From assembly GCA_963847705.1 (NCBI GenBank), contig CAWKBC010000029.1:128001-192000 (forward strand): a stretch of DNA of 64,000 nt, read 5' to 3'. The position numbers and the translations under genes are program-made. The notes beneath the pieces were generated by a model. It saw only the letters and a list, made by a program, of their open reading frames with translations. It was not told the DNA's origin and did not search any database. Shown piece by piece: positions 25,826-35,928 of the stretch. How positions within the stretch are numbered: the first letter of the stretch is position 1; every line of letters starts with the position of its first letter. This DNA comes from an uncultured Pseudomonadota bacterium. GTDB lineage: Bacteria; Myxococcota_A; Polyangia; Fen-1088.

Positions 25826-27055
25826 ATGGGAAGCCTTTACACCAAAGGGGACAAGCTCTGGATTCGCTACAAGGACGAGACCGGCAAGTGGGTCGGTGCG
25901 CCGACACAGTCGAGGCCGGGTGAGGAGAAGCGAGCCCTGCGGCACCTCGCCGCGGTGGAAGCGCACGTGAAGGCCATGACGGAGGCGAAGACAAAGGCGG
26001 ACGTGGAGCCTGGCGCGCCGCTGACAGTGGCGGCGTACGTGAATCGCTGGCTCTCCGATCGAAAACGTCTCGGCCTGCGTTCCATTCCTGACGATACGTC
26101 CCGGATGAATCTGCACGTGCTTCCACATATCGGCAGCATGGAGCTGCACGAGGTTCGTCCCCGCCACCTGCGCGAGCTCGTCTTGCGACTCCGAGAGAAA
26201 GGGAAACTCGCGCCTCGAACGATCCACCACGTCTATCATCTGACGGCGACGCTGTTCCGGACCGCGGTTGCAGAAGAGCTGATCGATGCCACTCCCTGTG
26301 TGCTTCAGCGTGGCGTTCTTCCGAAGAAGGTCGACAAGGATCCAACCTGGCGGGTCACCGCTATCTACACGCGAGAAGAGATCGAGAAGTTGATCTCCGA
26401 TCGGCGCATCCCGGAGGACCGGCGCGTCCTGTATGCGCTCAAGGCGCTCGGCGGCCTTCGTCACGGAGAGGCGGCAGGTCTCCGCTGGCGGCAGTACGAC
26501 CAGACGCTGGAGCCGCTCGGCGGCCTGTCTCTCGAGCAAACGAAGACGCAGGTGCCGCGACGTGTTCCCGTCCACCCTACCCTGGCCCGCGTCCTCAGCG
26601 AGTGGAAGTCAGCCGGCTTCGAGAGGACCTATGATCGAGCGCCGACCGCGATCGATCTCGTCGTTCCGACGCGCAACTTCACCGAGCGCTCTGCGCAGGA
26701 GACGCCGAAGCAGCTGCACGGTGATCTCAGAACGCTCGGGCTGCGCGAGCGTCGTGGCCACGACCTTCGTCGCACGTTCGTCACGCTCGCTCAGGTCGAT
26801 GGCGCACGCCGCGATCTCCTCGAAACGATGAGCCACGGGCCTCGGGGAGACATCGTATCCGTGTACACCACCTTCCCCTGGCCGGCGCTCTGCGCCGAGA
26901 TCGCGAAGCTGAAGATCGAACTGCGATCCGACGGAGTTCACGACGGCAGTAGCAAAGCCTTTGCTACCGCGTTTGCTACCGGTCACGTAAAAGGTCGGAA
27001 CCGCTGGATAAAAAGTGTGACCCCATCGGGAATTGAACCCGAGATTTCGCCGTGA
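25826..27055 (+). CDS. int: Tyrosine recombinase/integrase reading through the att core into the tRNA antisense strand
   Basis: GLRHGE (R), TKT (K), HDLRR (HxxR), SHG and VY catalytic set; RBS GGAGG. Confidence 0.93.
   Translation: MGSLYTKGDKLWIRYKDETGKWVGAPTQSRPGEEKRALRHLAAVEAHVKAMTEAKTKADVEPGAPLTVAAYVNRWLSDRKRLGLRSIPDDTSRMNLHVLPHIGSMELHEVRPRHLRELVLRLREKGKLAPRTIHHVYHLTATLFRTAVAEELIDATPCVLQRGVLPKKVDKDPTWRVTAIYTREEIEKLISDRRIPEDRRVLYALKALGGLRHGEAAGLRWRQYDQTLEPLGGLSLEQTKTQVPRRVPVHPTLARVLSEWKSAGFERTYDRAPTAIDLVVPTRNFTERSAQETPKQLHGDLRTLGLRERRGHDLRRTFVTLAQVDGARRDLLETMSHGPRGDIVSVYTTFPWPALCAEIAKLKIELRSDGVHDGSSKAFATAFATGHVKGRNRWIKSVTPSGIEPEISP
26949..26979. promoter_or_regulatory. Putative integrase arm-type sites (GTAGCAAA, one direct and two inverted)
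   Basis: gtagcaaa-gcc-tttgctac-cgcg-tttgctac. Confidence 0.7.
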
Positions 27056-27089
27056 GAGGGCGACGTCCTAACCGCTAGACCATGGGGCC
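27018..27089 (-). tRNA. tRNA-Glu (CTC); integration target
   Basis: GGCCCCATGGTCTAGCGGTTAGGACGTCGCCCTCTCACGGCGAAATCTCGGGTTCAATTCCCGATGGGGTCA folds as a cloverleaf; CCA not encoded. Confidence 0.96.
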
Positions 27090-27107
27090 GCTATTCAGTT
27101 TTCAGAG

Positions 27108-27178
27108 TTCGGGGACAAGGATTCGAACCTTGATAGCCACATCCAGAGTGTGGCGTCCTGCCATTAGACGATCCCCGA
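27108..27178 (-). tRNA. tRNA-Gln (CTG)
   Basis: TCGGGGATCGTCTAATGGCAGGACGCCACACTCTGGATGTGGCTATCAAGGTTCGAATCCTTGTCCCCGAA folds as a cloverleaf. Confidence 0.96.
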
Positions 27179-27215
27179 TCACGTACCCCCGCCGCTCCGG
27201 AAGGCGGGACGCACA

Positions 27216-27244
27216 TATCTAAAGAGGCGGGGCCCGCCTGTCAA
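27216..27244 (-). promoter_or_regulatory. Sigma-70 promoter of the tRNA pair
   Basis: TTGACA-17 nt-TAGATA about 37 nt upstream of tRNA-Gln. Confidence 0.6.
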
Positions 27245-27327
27245 GCCCGCGAAATCTGTCGGCGATTCGGGTTTGGTGGTTCCCCGGTTTCATGATAGCG
27301 ATCGAAGGCTCGGGAGAGACCCGCCGC

Positions 27328-28623
27328 ATGGAGCTATCCTTCTGGGCTGCCACCGATGTAGGCAAGAAGCGCGAGGCGAACGAGGACAATTTCCTCGTCG
27401 ACAAGAAGCTGTCGCTCTTCGTGGTGGCCGACGGCATGGGCGGGCATGCCTCGGGCGAAGTGGCCTCGCAGCTGGCCGTGCACGAGTTCCGCAACGCGGC
27501 TGACGCGGGGCGTGAGCTGCTCGAGCACTACGCCAAGGCCGACGGGAAGACCCGGCCGACCGAGATCCTGGCCATGCTGGAGAACGCCATCCAGACGGCC
27601 GGGCAGACCATCTATCAAAAGGGGGTCGCCGAGCCGGAGAAGCGTGGGATGGGGACCACCTGTTCGGCGCTGCTCATCGCCGGGGACCGCGGGTTCATCG
27701 CCCACGTCGGCGACAGCCGGATCTACATGTTGCGGGCCGGGCAAGTGGTTCAACTGACCGAGGACCACTCGCTGATGAACGAGCTCATCAAGCGCGGCCG
27801 CGTGACCAAGGAGGGGTTCGAGACCTCCGCCTACAAGCAGTACAAGAACGCGGTCACCCGCGCGGTCGGCGTCTACGAGACGGTCCAGCCCGACACCATC
27901 GACTTCGAAATCTTCCCCGGCGATCAGTTCCTGCTCTGCTCGGACGGCCTGCACGCCTACCTGAACGACACGCGGATCATCGATTCGCTCAAGGGCGACG
28001 ACGTCAAGCTGCTCCCCAAGAAGTTCATCGATCTGGCCAACGCCGGGGGTGGCCACGACAACATCACCGCCATCGTCATCAGGGTCGAGGGGGCCGAGGC
28101 GGTGGCCGGGGCGCCGGCCGACGATCGCGCCGCGGAGCTGGCGCGCAAGGTCGACGTCCTGCGGAAGATGCCGCTCTTCCGGCACCTCATCTACAAGGAG
28201 ATCCTGCGGGTCCTCAACGTCACCCAGGTGCGCGAGTACGCGCCGGGCGAGGAGATCCTCAAGGAGGGGACGACCGGGGACGAGATGTTCGTGCTCCTGC
28301 GCGGCAAGATTCGCCTCCACAAGAACGACGCCTTCATCACCCACCTCGAGCCGGGGTCGCACATCGGGGAGATGGCGCTCATCGATCGCCGCCAGCCCCG
28401 CTCGGCCAGCGCCACCGCCGAGGAGCGCTCGCGTGTGCTATCGCTTTCCCGCAAGGATTTTTACGAGATCATTCGCAAGGAGCCACAGCTGTCGACCAAG
28501 TTGCTCTGGGCGTTCACCCAGGTGCTGGCCGACCGCCTGCGCAAGACCACGGCGGAATTATCGGGGGCGCGACTGGAGGCGGGGGCAGAGGATTTGACCG
28601 CCGACATCATGTTCGAGGAGTGA
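27328..28623 (+). CDS. PP2C Ser/Thr phosphatase with C-terminal cyclic nucleotide-binding domain
   Basis: REANED, VADGMGGH, MGTT, HVGDSR, LLCSDGL and GGHDN motifs, then IGEMALID..PRSASA (cNMP-binding). Confidence 0.93.
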   Translation: MELSFWAATDVGKKREANEDNFLVDKKLSLFVVADGMGGHASGEVASQLAVHEFRNAADAGRELLEHYAKADGKTRPTEILAMLENAIQTAGQTIYQKGVAEPEKRGMGTTCSALLIAGDRGFIAHVGDSRIYMLRAGQVVQLTEDHSLMNELIKRGRVTKEGFETSAYKQYKNAVTRAVGVYETVQPDTIDFEIFPGDQFLLCSDGLHAYLNDTRIIDSLKGDDVKLLPKKFIDLANAGGGHDNITAIVIRVEGAEAVAGAPADDRAAELARKVDVLRKMPLFRHLIYKEILRVLNVTQVREYAPGEEILKEGTTGDEMFVLLRGKIRLHKNDAFITHLEPGSHIGEMALIDRRQPRSASATAEERSRVLSLSRKDFYEIIRKEPQLSTKLLWAFTQVLADRLRKTTAELSGARLEAGAEDLTADIMFEE

Positions 28624-28629
28624 CCACCG

Positions 28630-30021
28630 ATGTCCGACCAGTTCCGTATCGAAACCGATTCGCTCGGTAACGTCGAGGTTCCGTCCGCCGCCCTCTACGG
28701 CGCGCAGACCCAGCGCGCCCACCAGAACTTCCCGGTCAGCGGGCTGCGCCTCCCCCGCCGGGTGATCCGCGCGCTGGCGCTGGTGAAAAAGGCCGCCGCC
28801 GAGGTGAACCGCGACAGCGGCAAGCTCGACGCCAAGCTGGCCGACGCCATCATCAAGGCCGCCCACGAGGTCGCCGCCGGCCAGCACGACGACAACTTCG
28901 TGGTCGACATCTTCCAGACCGGGTCCGGCACCTCCAGCAACATGAACACCAACGAGGTGATCTCCAACCGCGCCATCCAGCTCCTGGGCGGAGTGGTCGG
29001 CAGCAAGAAGCCGGTGCACCCCAACGACCACGTCAACATGGGGCAGTCCTCCAACGACGTCTTCCCGACGGCGGTCCACATCGCCGCCGTCGAGGCGATG
29101 GAGCGCGATCTGCTGCCGTCGCTGGAGGCGCTGGAGGGGGCGCTCACCGCCAAGGCCAAGGCCTTCGACCACATCGTGAAGATCGGGCGCACCCACCTGA
29201 TGGACGCGGTGCCGATCCGCCTGGGGCAGGAGTTCGCCGGCTACGCCCAGATGCTGACCAACACCATCCGCCGCGTGAAGGCGGCCACCGGCGCGGCCTC
29301 GGAGCTGGCGCTGGGCGGCACCGCCGTCGGCACCGGCCTCGGGTCGGAGCCCTCGTTCGCCCCCAAGGTCATCGGGATCATCTCCCGGGAGATCGGCATT
29401 CACCTCAAGCAGGCGCCCAACCTGTGCGAGGCGCTGTCGGCGCGCGACGGCCTGGTGGAGGCGTCGGGGGCGCTCCGCTCGGCGGCGGTCAGCCTGACCA
29501 AGGTGGCCAACGACATCCGCTGGCTCGGCTCGGGGCCGCGCTGCGGGATCGGCGAGATTCACCTGCCCGATCTGCAGCCCGGCAGCTCGATCATGCCGGG
29601 GAAGGTGAACCCGGTCATGTCCGAGATGCTGCTGATGATCTGTGCGCAGGTCATCGGGAACGACGCCACCGTCGGGTGGGGCGGCGCCGCCGGCAACTTC
29701 GAGCTCAACGTGATGATCCCCGTGATCGCCTACAACCTGCTGCACTCCATCGGCATCCTGGCCAACGGCTGCCGGCTGTTCGCCGCGCGCTGTGTCGAGG
29801 GGATCGAGCCGAACGAGAAGCGCTGCAACGAGCTCATCGAGCAGAGCCTGGCCATGGTGACCGCGCTCAACCCGCGCATCGGCTACGACGCGGCGGCGGC
29901 CATCGCCAAGGAGTCGGTCAAGACCGGGAAGACCGTGCGAGAGCTCTGTCTGGAGAAAAACGTGCTCCCCCCCGACGAGCTGGCGCGACTTCTCGACGCC
30001 CGCTCGATGACCGGGTCCTGA
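28630..30021 (+). CDS. fumC: Class II fumarate hydratase
   Basis: FQTGSGTSSNMN, HPNDHVNMGQSSND, KIGRTHLMDA and GSSIMPGKVNP motifs. Confidence 0.96.
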   Translation: MSDQFRIETDSLGNVEVPSAALYGAQTQRAHQNFPVSGLRLPRRVIRALALVKKAAAEVNRDSGKLDAKLADAIIKAAHEVAAGQHDDNFVVDIFQTGSGTSSNMNTNEVISNRAIQLLGGVVGSKKPVHPNDHVNMGQSSNDVFPTAVHIAAVEAMERDLLPSLEALEGALTAKAKAFDHIVKIGRTHLMDAVPIRLGQEFAGYAQMLTNTIRRVKAATGAASELALGGTAVGTGLGSEPSFAPKVIGIISREIGIHLKQAPNLCEALSARDGLVEASGALRSAAVSLTKVANDIRWLGSGPRCGIGEIHLPDLQPGSSIMPGKVNPVMSEMLLMICAQVIGNDATVGWGGAAGNFELNVMIPVIAYNLLHSIGILANGCRLFAARCVEGIEPNEKRCNELIEQSLAMVTALNPRIGYDAAAAIAKESVKTGKTVRELCLEKNVLPPDELARLLDARSMTGS

Positions 30022-30144
30022 GGACTGGCCACCGCCGACCGCCGCCAGAAAACTGCGTCCGAATGGCGGGAAGTGAAAATATCGCGCGCCCCGGCACTCA
30101 TTTTTCGTCCGAGCCCCCCATTAAGAAGACGAAAGGAATCACCT

Positions 30145-30732
30145 ATGCAGTCACCTCTTCGCAGTCAGGTCTCGGGATGGGTCGGGTTCGCCGGCGCCGC
30201 GGGCGCGCTGGTGGCCGTCTTGATGGTGTCGGGCTGTCCCGGCACGCTCGACCCGTCGATGTTCAAGAACACGGGGGGAAGCAACGGAACCGGGGGGAGC
30301 GGGAATGGGACCGGGGGCAGCGGCCAGACGGGCGGAACGCCCGGCACCGGCGGGACCTCCGTCAGCTGCACCGGCGGCAATGACGGCGCCTCCATTTTGA
30401 ACGTCAACTGCGCGACCTCCTCCTGTCACATTCCCGGCGCGACCAACGACGGCACGGCCGGTGGCCTCGACCTGACCCCCGACGCCAACATCGGCTCGCG
30501 CCTGGTCGGCGTCACGTCGGTGGGAACGGCGGACAACGGATCGATGTGCGTGGGCAACTCCACGCCGTACCTGAACGCAGGCTCGAACCCGGCCACCGGT
30601 CTCTTCATCGACAAGTTCACGATGACCCACCCACCCTGCGGCGCCCAGATGCCCTTCGACTCGCCGTTTCCCCTGACCTCCACCCAGCAGAGCTGCCTGA
30701 TACAGTGGGCCACGACGCTGACGTCGCCGTGA
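30145..30732 (+). CDS. Lipoprotein with possible c-type heme motif (CX4CH), paralog 1
   Basis: VSGC lipobox, Gly linker, NCATSSCH and distal QMP. Confidence 0.7.
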   Translation: MQSPLRSQVSGWVGFAGAAGALVAVLMVSGCPGTLDPSMFKNTGGSNGTGGSGNGTGGSGQTGGTPGTGGTSVSCTGGNDGASILNVNCATSSCHIPGATNDGTAGGLDLTPDANIGSRLVGVTSVGTADNGSMCVGNSTPYLNAGSNPATGLFIDKFTMTHPPCGAQMPFDSPFPLTSTQQSCLIQWATTLTSP

Positions 30733-31316
30733 TGATGACCGACCCTCAATCACCCACGCGCGGGCCGTTCCCGGAGGGCGTTGGGTTCGCCGGCGCCGCC
30801 GGCGCGCTCGTGACCCTCTTGATGCTGTCGGGCTGCCCCGGCACGCTCGACCCGAATCAGTTCCCAACCGGGACGGGGGGAAGCACCGGGAGCGGCGGGA
30901 CCGGCGGCAGCGGCCCGACGGGCGGAGTGCCCGGCACCGGGGGAACCGCCCTCGACTGCACCGGCGGTAACGAGGGCACCGCCATCCTGACCAACTCCTG
31001 CGCCGTCTCCAACTGCCACATCCCGGGCTCGGCCAACGACGGCGTGGCCGGTGGTCTCGACCTGACCCCCGACGCCAACATCGCCTCGCGCCTGGTCGGC
31101 GTCATGTCGGTGGGGACGGCGGACAACGGCTCCATGTGCATGGGACAAGGACCGTACCTCGACGCCCATTCGAACCCGGCCACCGGTCTCCTGCTCGACA
31201 AGCTCAAGCCAAGCCGCCCTTGCGGCGCCCAGATGCCTGCGGACTCGGCATTCTTTCTGACTCCCACCCAGCAGAGCTGCCTCACCCAGTGGGCGACGAC
31301 GCTGACCTCGCCATGA
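30732..31316 (+). CDS. Lipoprotein with possible c-type heme motif (CX4CH), paralog 2
   Basis: LSGC lipobox, SCAVSNCH and QMP; near-collinear with paralog 1; TGATG overlap. Confidence 0.7.
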   Translation: MMTDPQSPTRGPFPEGVGFAGAAGALVTLLMLSGCPGTLDPNQFPTGTGGSTGSGGTGGSGPTGGVPGTGGTALDCTGGNEGTAILTNSCAVSNCHIPGSANDGVAGGLDLTPDANIASRLVGVMSVGTADNGSMCMGQGPYLDAHSNPATGLLLDKLKPSRPCGAQMPADSAFFLTPTQQSCLTQWATTLTSP

Positions 31317-31431
31317 AAAGCGCGATGAAAGGCACCATGGTCTCCAGAACCCAGTCCCCGCAGCAGCGCACCGTCGGTCGTTCGCAGTCCCACAGACAAC
31401 CGGCGGAAGGTCTCGTCTGGGCGGCCGCCCG

Positions 31432-32985
31432 ATGAGAGGGGCGACGCGGGTTTCACGGCTGGTTTGGCTGCTGCCTTTGGCCCTTCTGTTCTCCTCGGCC
31501 GCAGCCGAGGCGGCCGGCAAGCGCATCGGCGTCCCCAAGTTCGAGGGGGCGCAAGAGGCGCTGGTCCGCAAGGAGGTGATGAAGGTGCTCAAGGCGCACG
31601 GCTTCGAGGTGGTGGGCTCGCGCGCCATGGCTGACGCCATCAGCAGCACCGGCGCCAGCCTCGACGCCGACGACGGCCTCAAGACGCTGGCCAAGGAGCT
31701 GGCGCTGTCGGCCATCGTGACGGGCGAGGTCGGACCGAAGCGGGCCAAGCTCGTCGTCCACGACGGCGGTGAGGGCTCGATCCTGGGCGACGGCTCGTTC
31801 AGCGGCGCCAACCCGCGCAAGCTGGGGACCGAGGTGGGGCTGACGTTCTGGAAGAAGCTTGGTCCCGACGTCGGCCGCGGGCATGTCCCGTCCGGCGCCA
31901 AGAAGCCCTCCGGGGCCGCGGCGGCCGAGGACGAGACCGGCGCTCCGGGGAGCGAAGCCGAGGCCAAGCCCAGGGACGATTCGTCGGGCTCCGAGGCGGC
32001 CGCCGCATCCGACGAGGCGGCCTCAGCGGCGAAGAAGAAGAAGTCGAAGGTGAAGATGGAGGAGACGCCCGCGGAGGCCGCGGCGCCGGCGATCCCCTCG
32101 GGACGCGCCTGGCTCGACTTCGAGCTGGGGATCGGCGGCTACAACCGCAGCCTGACGTTCAACCAGAACCTCAGCCCCAGCCTGCTCTCCTACACGCTCG
32201 GCGTGGGACCAATCGCGGTGGCGAACATCGTGATGTACCCGCTCGACCCGCTCTGGGGCGGCTTGCTCGGCAACATCGGCCTCGAGGCGGAGATCCAGCA
32301 GGGATTCGGCATCTCCTCGACGCTGTCCAACGGCGGCCCCAGCTTCAAGGACGTGGTGCACGACTACGCGGGCGGCGGCCGCTACCGCTTCACGTTTGGC
32401 GCCGAAAACGACTTCTACCTCTCGTTCACCGGCGGCGAGGACGCCTTCACGTTCACGGGGCGAAGCGGGACGAATATGCTCAACATCCCCGACACCATCT
32501 ACCACTACGTTCGCCCCGGCCTCGGTGTCGACATGGCGATTGGCTCCGGACTCTCGCTCGCCTTGAGCGGCGGATACCGGGTGGTCCTCAACAACGCCGG
32601 CCCGCAGTTCCTGCAATTCTTCCCCCATTCGACCGTGGCCGGCGCCGACGCCGAGCTCGTGGCCCGCTACGCGATCTCCGAGAGGTTCCAGGTGCGCGCG
32701 GGCCTGGAGTGGCGCCGCTACTGGTTCGCCATGCATTCCCTGCCCAGCGACGTCAACAGCAACGGGGTCTTCATCGCGGGCGGCGCGGTCGATCAGTCGT
32801 TCGCCTTCACGGCGCGCCTCGCGATCCTGATCGGCAGCAGCAACGTCCCCAAGGCCGAGGGGGGCGCCGGCGCCGAGGAGGCACCGCCGCCAGCGCCGCC
32901 CCCCACCTCCAAGGGGCGCGGGAGCAAGTCCGACGAGGACTCGGGCGGCGACAGCGACGCGGGGACGGCTCCGTCCGTCGAGTAG
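31432..32985 (+). CDS. Secreted protein with N-terminal alpha/beta domain, linker and predicted outer-membrane beta-barrel; paralog 1
   Basis: Signal peptide and amphipathic beta-strands (FQVRAGLEWRRYWF); similar to 34285..35904. Confidence 0.7.
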   Translation: MRGATRVSRLVWLLPLALLFSSAAAEAAGKRIGVPKFEGAQEALVRKEVMKVLKAHGFEVVGSRAMADAISSTGASLDADDGLKTLAKELALSAIVTGEVGPKRAKLVVHDGGEGSILGDGSFSGANPRKLGTEVGLTFWKKLGPDVGRGHVPSGAKKPSGAAAAEDETGAPGSEAEAKPRDDSSGSEAAAASDEAASAAKKKKSKVKMEETPAEAAAPAIPSGRAWLDFELGIGGYNRSLTFNQNLSPSLLSYTLGVGPIAVANIVMYPLDPLWGGLLGNIGLEAEIQQGFGISSTLSNGGPSFKDVVHDYAGGGRYRFTFGAENDFYLSFTGGEDAFTFTGRSGTNMLNIPDTIYHYVRPGLGVDMAIGSGLSLALSGGYRVVLNNAGPQFLQFFPHSTVAGADAELVARYAISERFQVRAGLEWRRYWFAMHSLPSDVNSNGVFIAGGAVDQSFAFTARLAILIGSSNVPKAEGGAGAEEAPPPAPPPTSKGRGSKSDEDSGGDSDAGTAPSVE

Positions 32986-32986
32986 G

Positions 32987-34198
<1,212 letters not shown>

Positions 34199-34284
34199 CC
34201 CCCCGTCGGGGGCGGGGCCACTCGCCCCTAGGGCACGCGGAGGCCGTGTGGCAACATCCCCCAACACCCTCGACGAAAGGCACC

Positions 34285-35904
34285 ATGGTCTCGTCCAGAA
34301 TCGAGCTTCGGAAGCAACCCGCTGGCGGAAGGGATCGGTTCGTGGGCCGCCCCCTGCCGGCGCTGGCGCGGGTTTCGTTGGTGGTCATCGGGCTTCTGCT
34401 CTCCTCGGCGGCCGCCCAGGCGGCGGGCCAGCGAATCGGCGTTCCCAAGTTCGAGGGGCCGCACGAGGCGCTGATCCGCAAGCAGGTGGTGCATCTGCTC
34501 AAGGCGCACGGCTACGAGCCGGTGGGCCCGCGTGCGATGGACTACGGGATGAGCAGCACCGGCGCCGACCTCGACTCCGACGAGGGTCTGAAGAAGGTGG
34601 CCAAGGAGCTGTCGCTGTCGGCCATCGTGACCGGCAAGGTCGGACCGAAGCGCGCCAAGCTCGTCGTCCACGACGGCGCCGAGGGGTCGGTCCTGGGCGA
34701 GGCCTCGTTCAGCGGCGCCAACCCGCACAAGCTGGCCAAAGAGGTGTCGCTGACGTTCTGGAAGAAGCTCGGCGCCGACGTCGGCCGCGGGCATGTCCCG
34801 TCCGGTGCCAAGAAGCCGTCGAAGACCGCGGCGCCCGAGGAAGAGGAGGAGGCCGAGAAGGGACAGGCGGGCGAAGAAGGTGAAGAGGGCGAAGCCGGGG
34901 GGTCCAAGCCCAAGGGCGCCTCGTCTGCCGCCGGGGAGGGAGCCTCCGAAGCGACGGCGCCCTCGCCCCACGAGAAGACGGAGGCGCCGCCCAAGGAGCC
35001 CTCGGCGCCGTCGGTCCCCTCGGGGCGCCCCTGGGCCGACCTGGAGCTCGGGATGGGCGGATTGAACCGCAGCCTGACCTTCAATCAGAGCACCACCCCG
35101 GGTCTGCTCTCCTTCAAGCTCGGCGCGGGACCGATCGCGGTCGCCAACGTGGTGGTCTACCCGTTCGATCCGCTGGTGGGCGGCCTGCTCGGCAACATCG
35201 GCCTCGAGGCGGAGATCCAGCAGGGCTTCGCCATCTCGTCGACGCAGACGAGCAACGGGACGTCGACCAAGTACGAGAGCGTCGTGCACGACTATGCGGG
35301 CGGCCTGCGCTACCGCTTCCCGTTTGCCGCCGCCGACGACGTCTACCTCTCGGCCACCGCCGGCGAGGACGCCTTCACCTTCACCGGGCGGAGCGCCACC
35401 AACGTCCTCGACAGCCCCGACACCATCTACCACTACGTTCGCCCCGGCCTGGGCGCCCATCTCGCCATCGCCGGCGGCTTCTCGGTCGCGCTGGGGGCGG
35501 GGTACCGCGACGTCTTCAACCACGCCGGCGCCCAGTTCCATTCGCCGGACTTCTTCCCACGCTCCAACGTGGCGGGCGCCGACGCCGAGGTCGAGGCCCG
35601 GTACGCGATCGCCCCCTGGTTCCAGGTGCGCGCCGGACTGGAATGGCGCCGCTACTGGTTCGCGCTCAACACGCAGCCCGGCGACACCTTCATCGCCGGG
35701 AGCGCGACCGACCAATCGTTCGCCTTCACCGGGCGCATCGCGTTCCTGCTCGGCGGCAGCAGCGTCCCCAAGGACGAGGCCGGCGGCGACGAGGAGGCCC
35801 CGCCGCCACCCCCGCCCAACCCCAAGGGGCGCGGGCACAAGCCGTCCGACGAGGAATCGGGCGACAGCGATTCCGAACGGACCACCCCCTCCTCGGACGA
35901 ATAG
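34285..35904 (+). CDS. Secreted predicted outer-membrane beta-barrel protein; paralog 2
   Basis: Collinear with 31432..32985 (RIGVPKFEG, LTFWKKLG, DTIYHYVRPGLG). Confidence 0.7.
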   Translation: MVSSRIELRKQPAGGRDRFVGRPLPALARVSLVVIGLLLSSAAAQAAGQRIGVPKFEGPHEALIRKQVVHLLKAHGYEPVGPRAMDYGMSSTGADLDSDEGLKKVAKELSLSAIVTGKVGPKRAKLVVHDGAEGSVLGEASFSGANPHKLAKEVSLTFWKKLGADVGRGHVPSGAKKPSKTAAPEEEEEAEKGQAGEEGEEGEAGGSKPKGASSAAGEGASEATAPSPHEKTEAPPKEPSAPSVPSGRPWADLELGMGGLNRSLTFNQSTTPGLLSFKLGAGPIAVANVVVYPFDPLVGGLLGNIGLEAEIQQGFAISSTQTSNGTSTKYESVVHDYAGGLRYRFPFAAADDVYLSATAGEDAFTFTGRSATNVLDSPDTIYHYVRPGLGAHLAIAGGFSVALGAGYRDVFNHAGAQFHSPDFFPRSNVAGADAEVEARYAIAPWFQVRAGLEWRRYWFALNTQPGDTFIAGSATDQSFAFTGRIAFLLGGSSVPKDEAGGDEEAPPPPPPNPKGRGHKPSDEESGDSDSERTTPSSDE

Positions 35905-35928
35905 GGCGCCGGGCGCCGGCCTCGGGGA

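Larger units (their letters stand above)
12684..27037. mobile_element. 14.3-kb integrative mobilizable element (IME) in tRNA-Glu(CTC)
   Basis: Flanking 22-bp direct repeats, tyrosine integrase plus xis, MOBP relaxase, oriT and mobBCDE. No T4SS or rep gene seen. Confidence 0.92.

Noticed and set aside
12684-27037. Prophage or self-transmissible ICE
   Set aside because: No capsid, terminase or tail genes, and no VirB4/T4CP or mating-pair genes.
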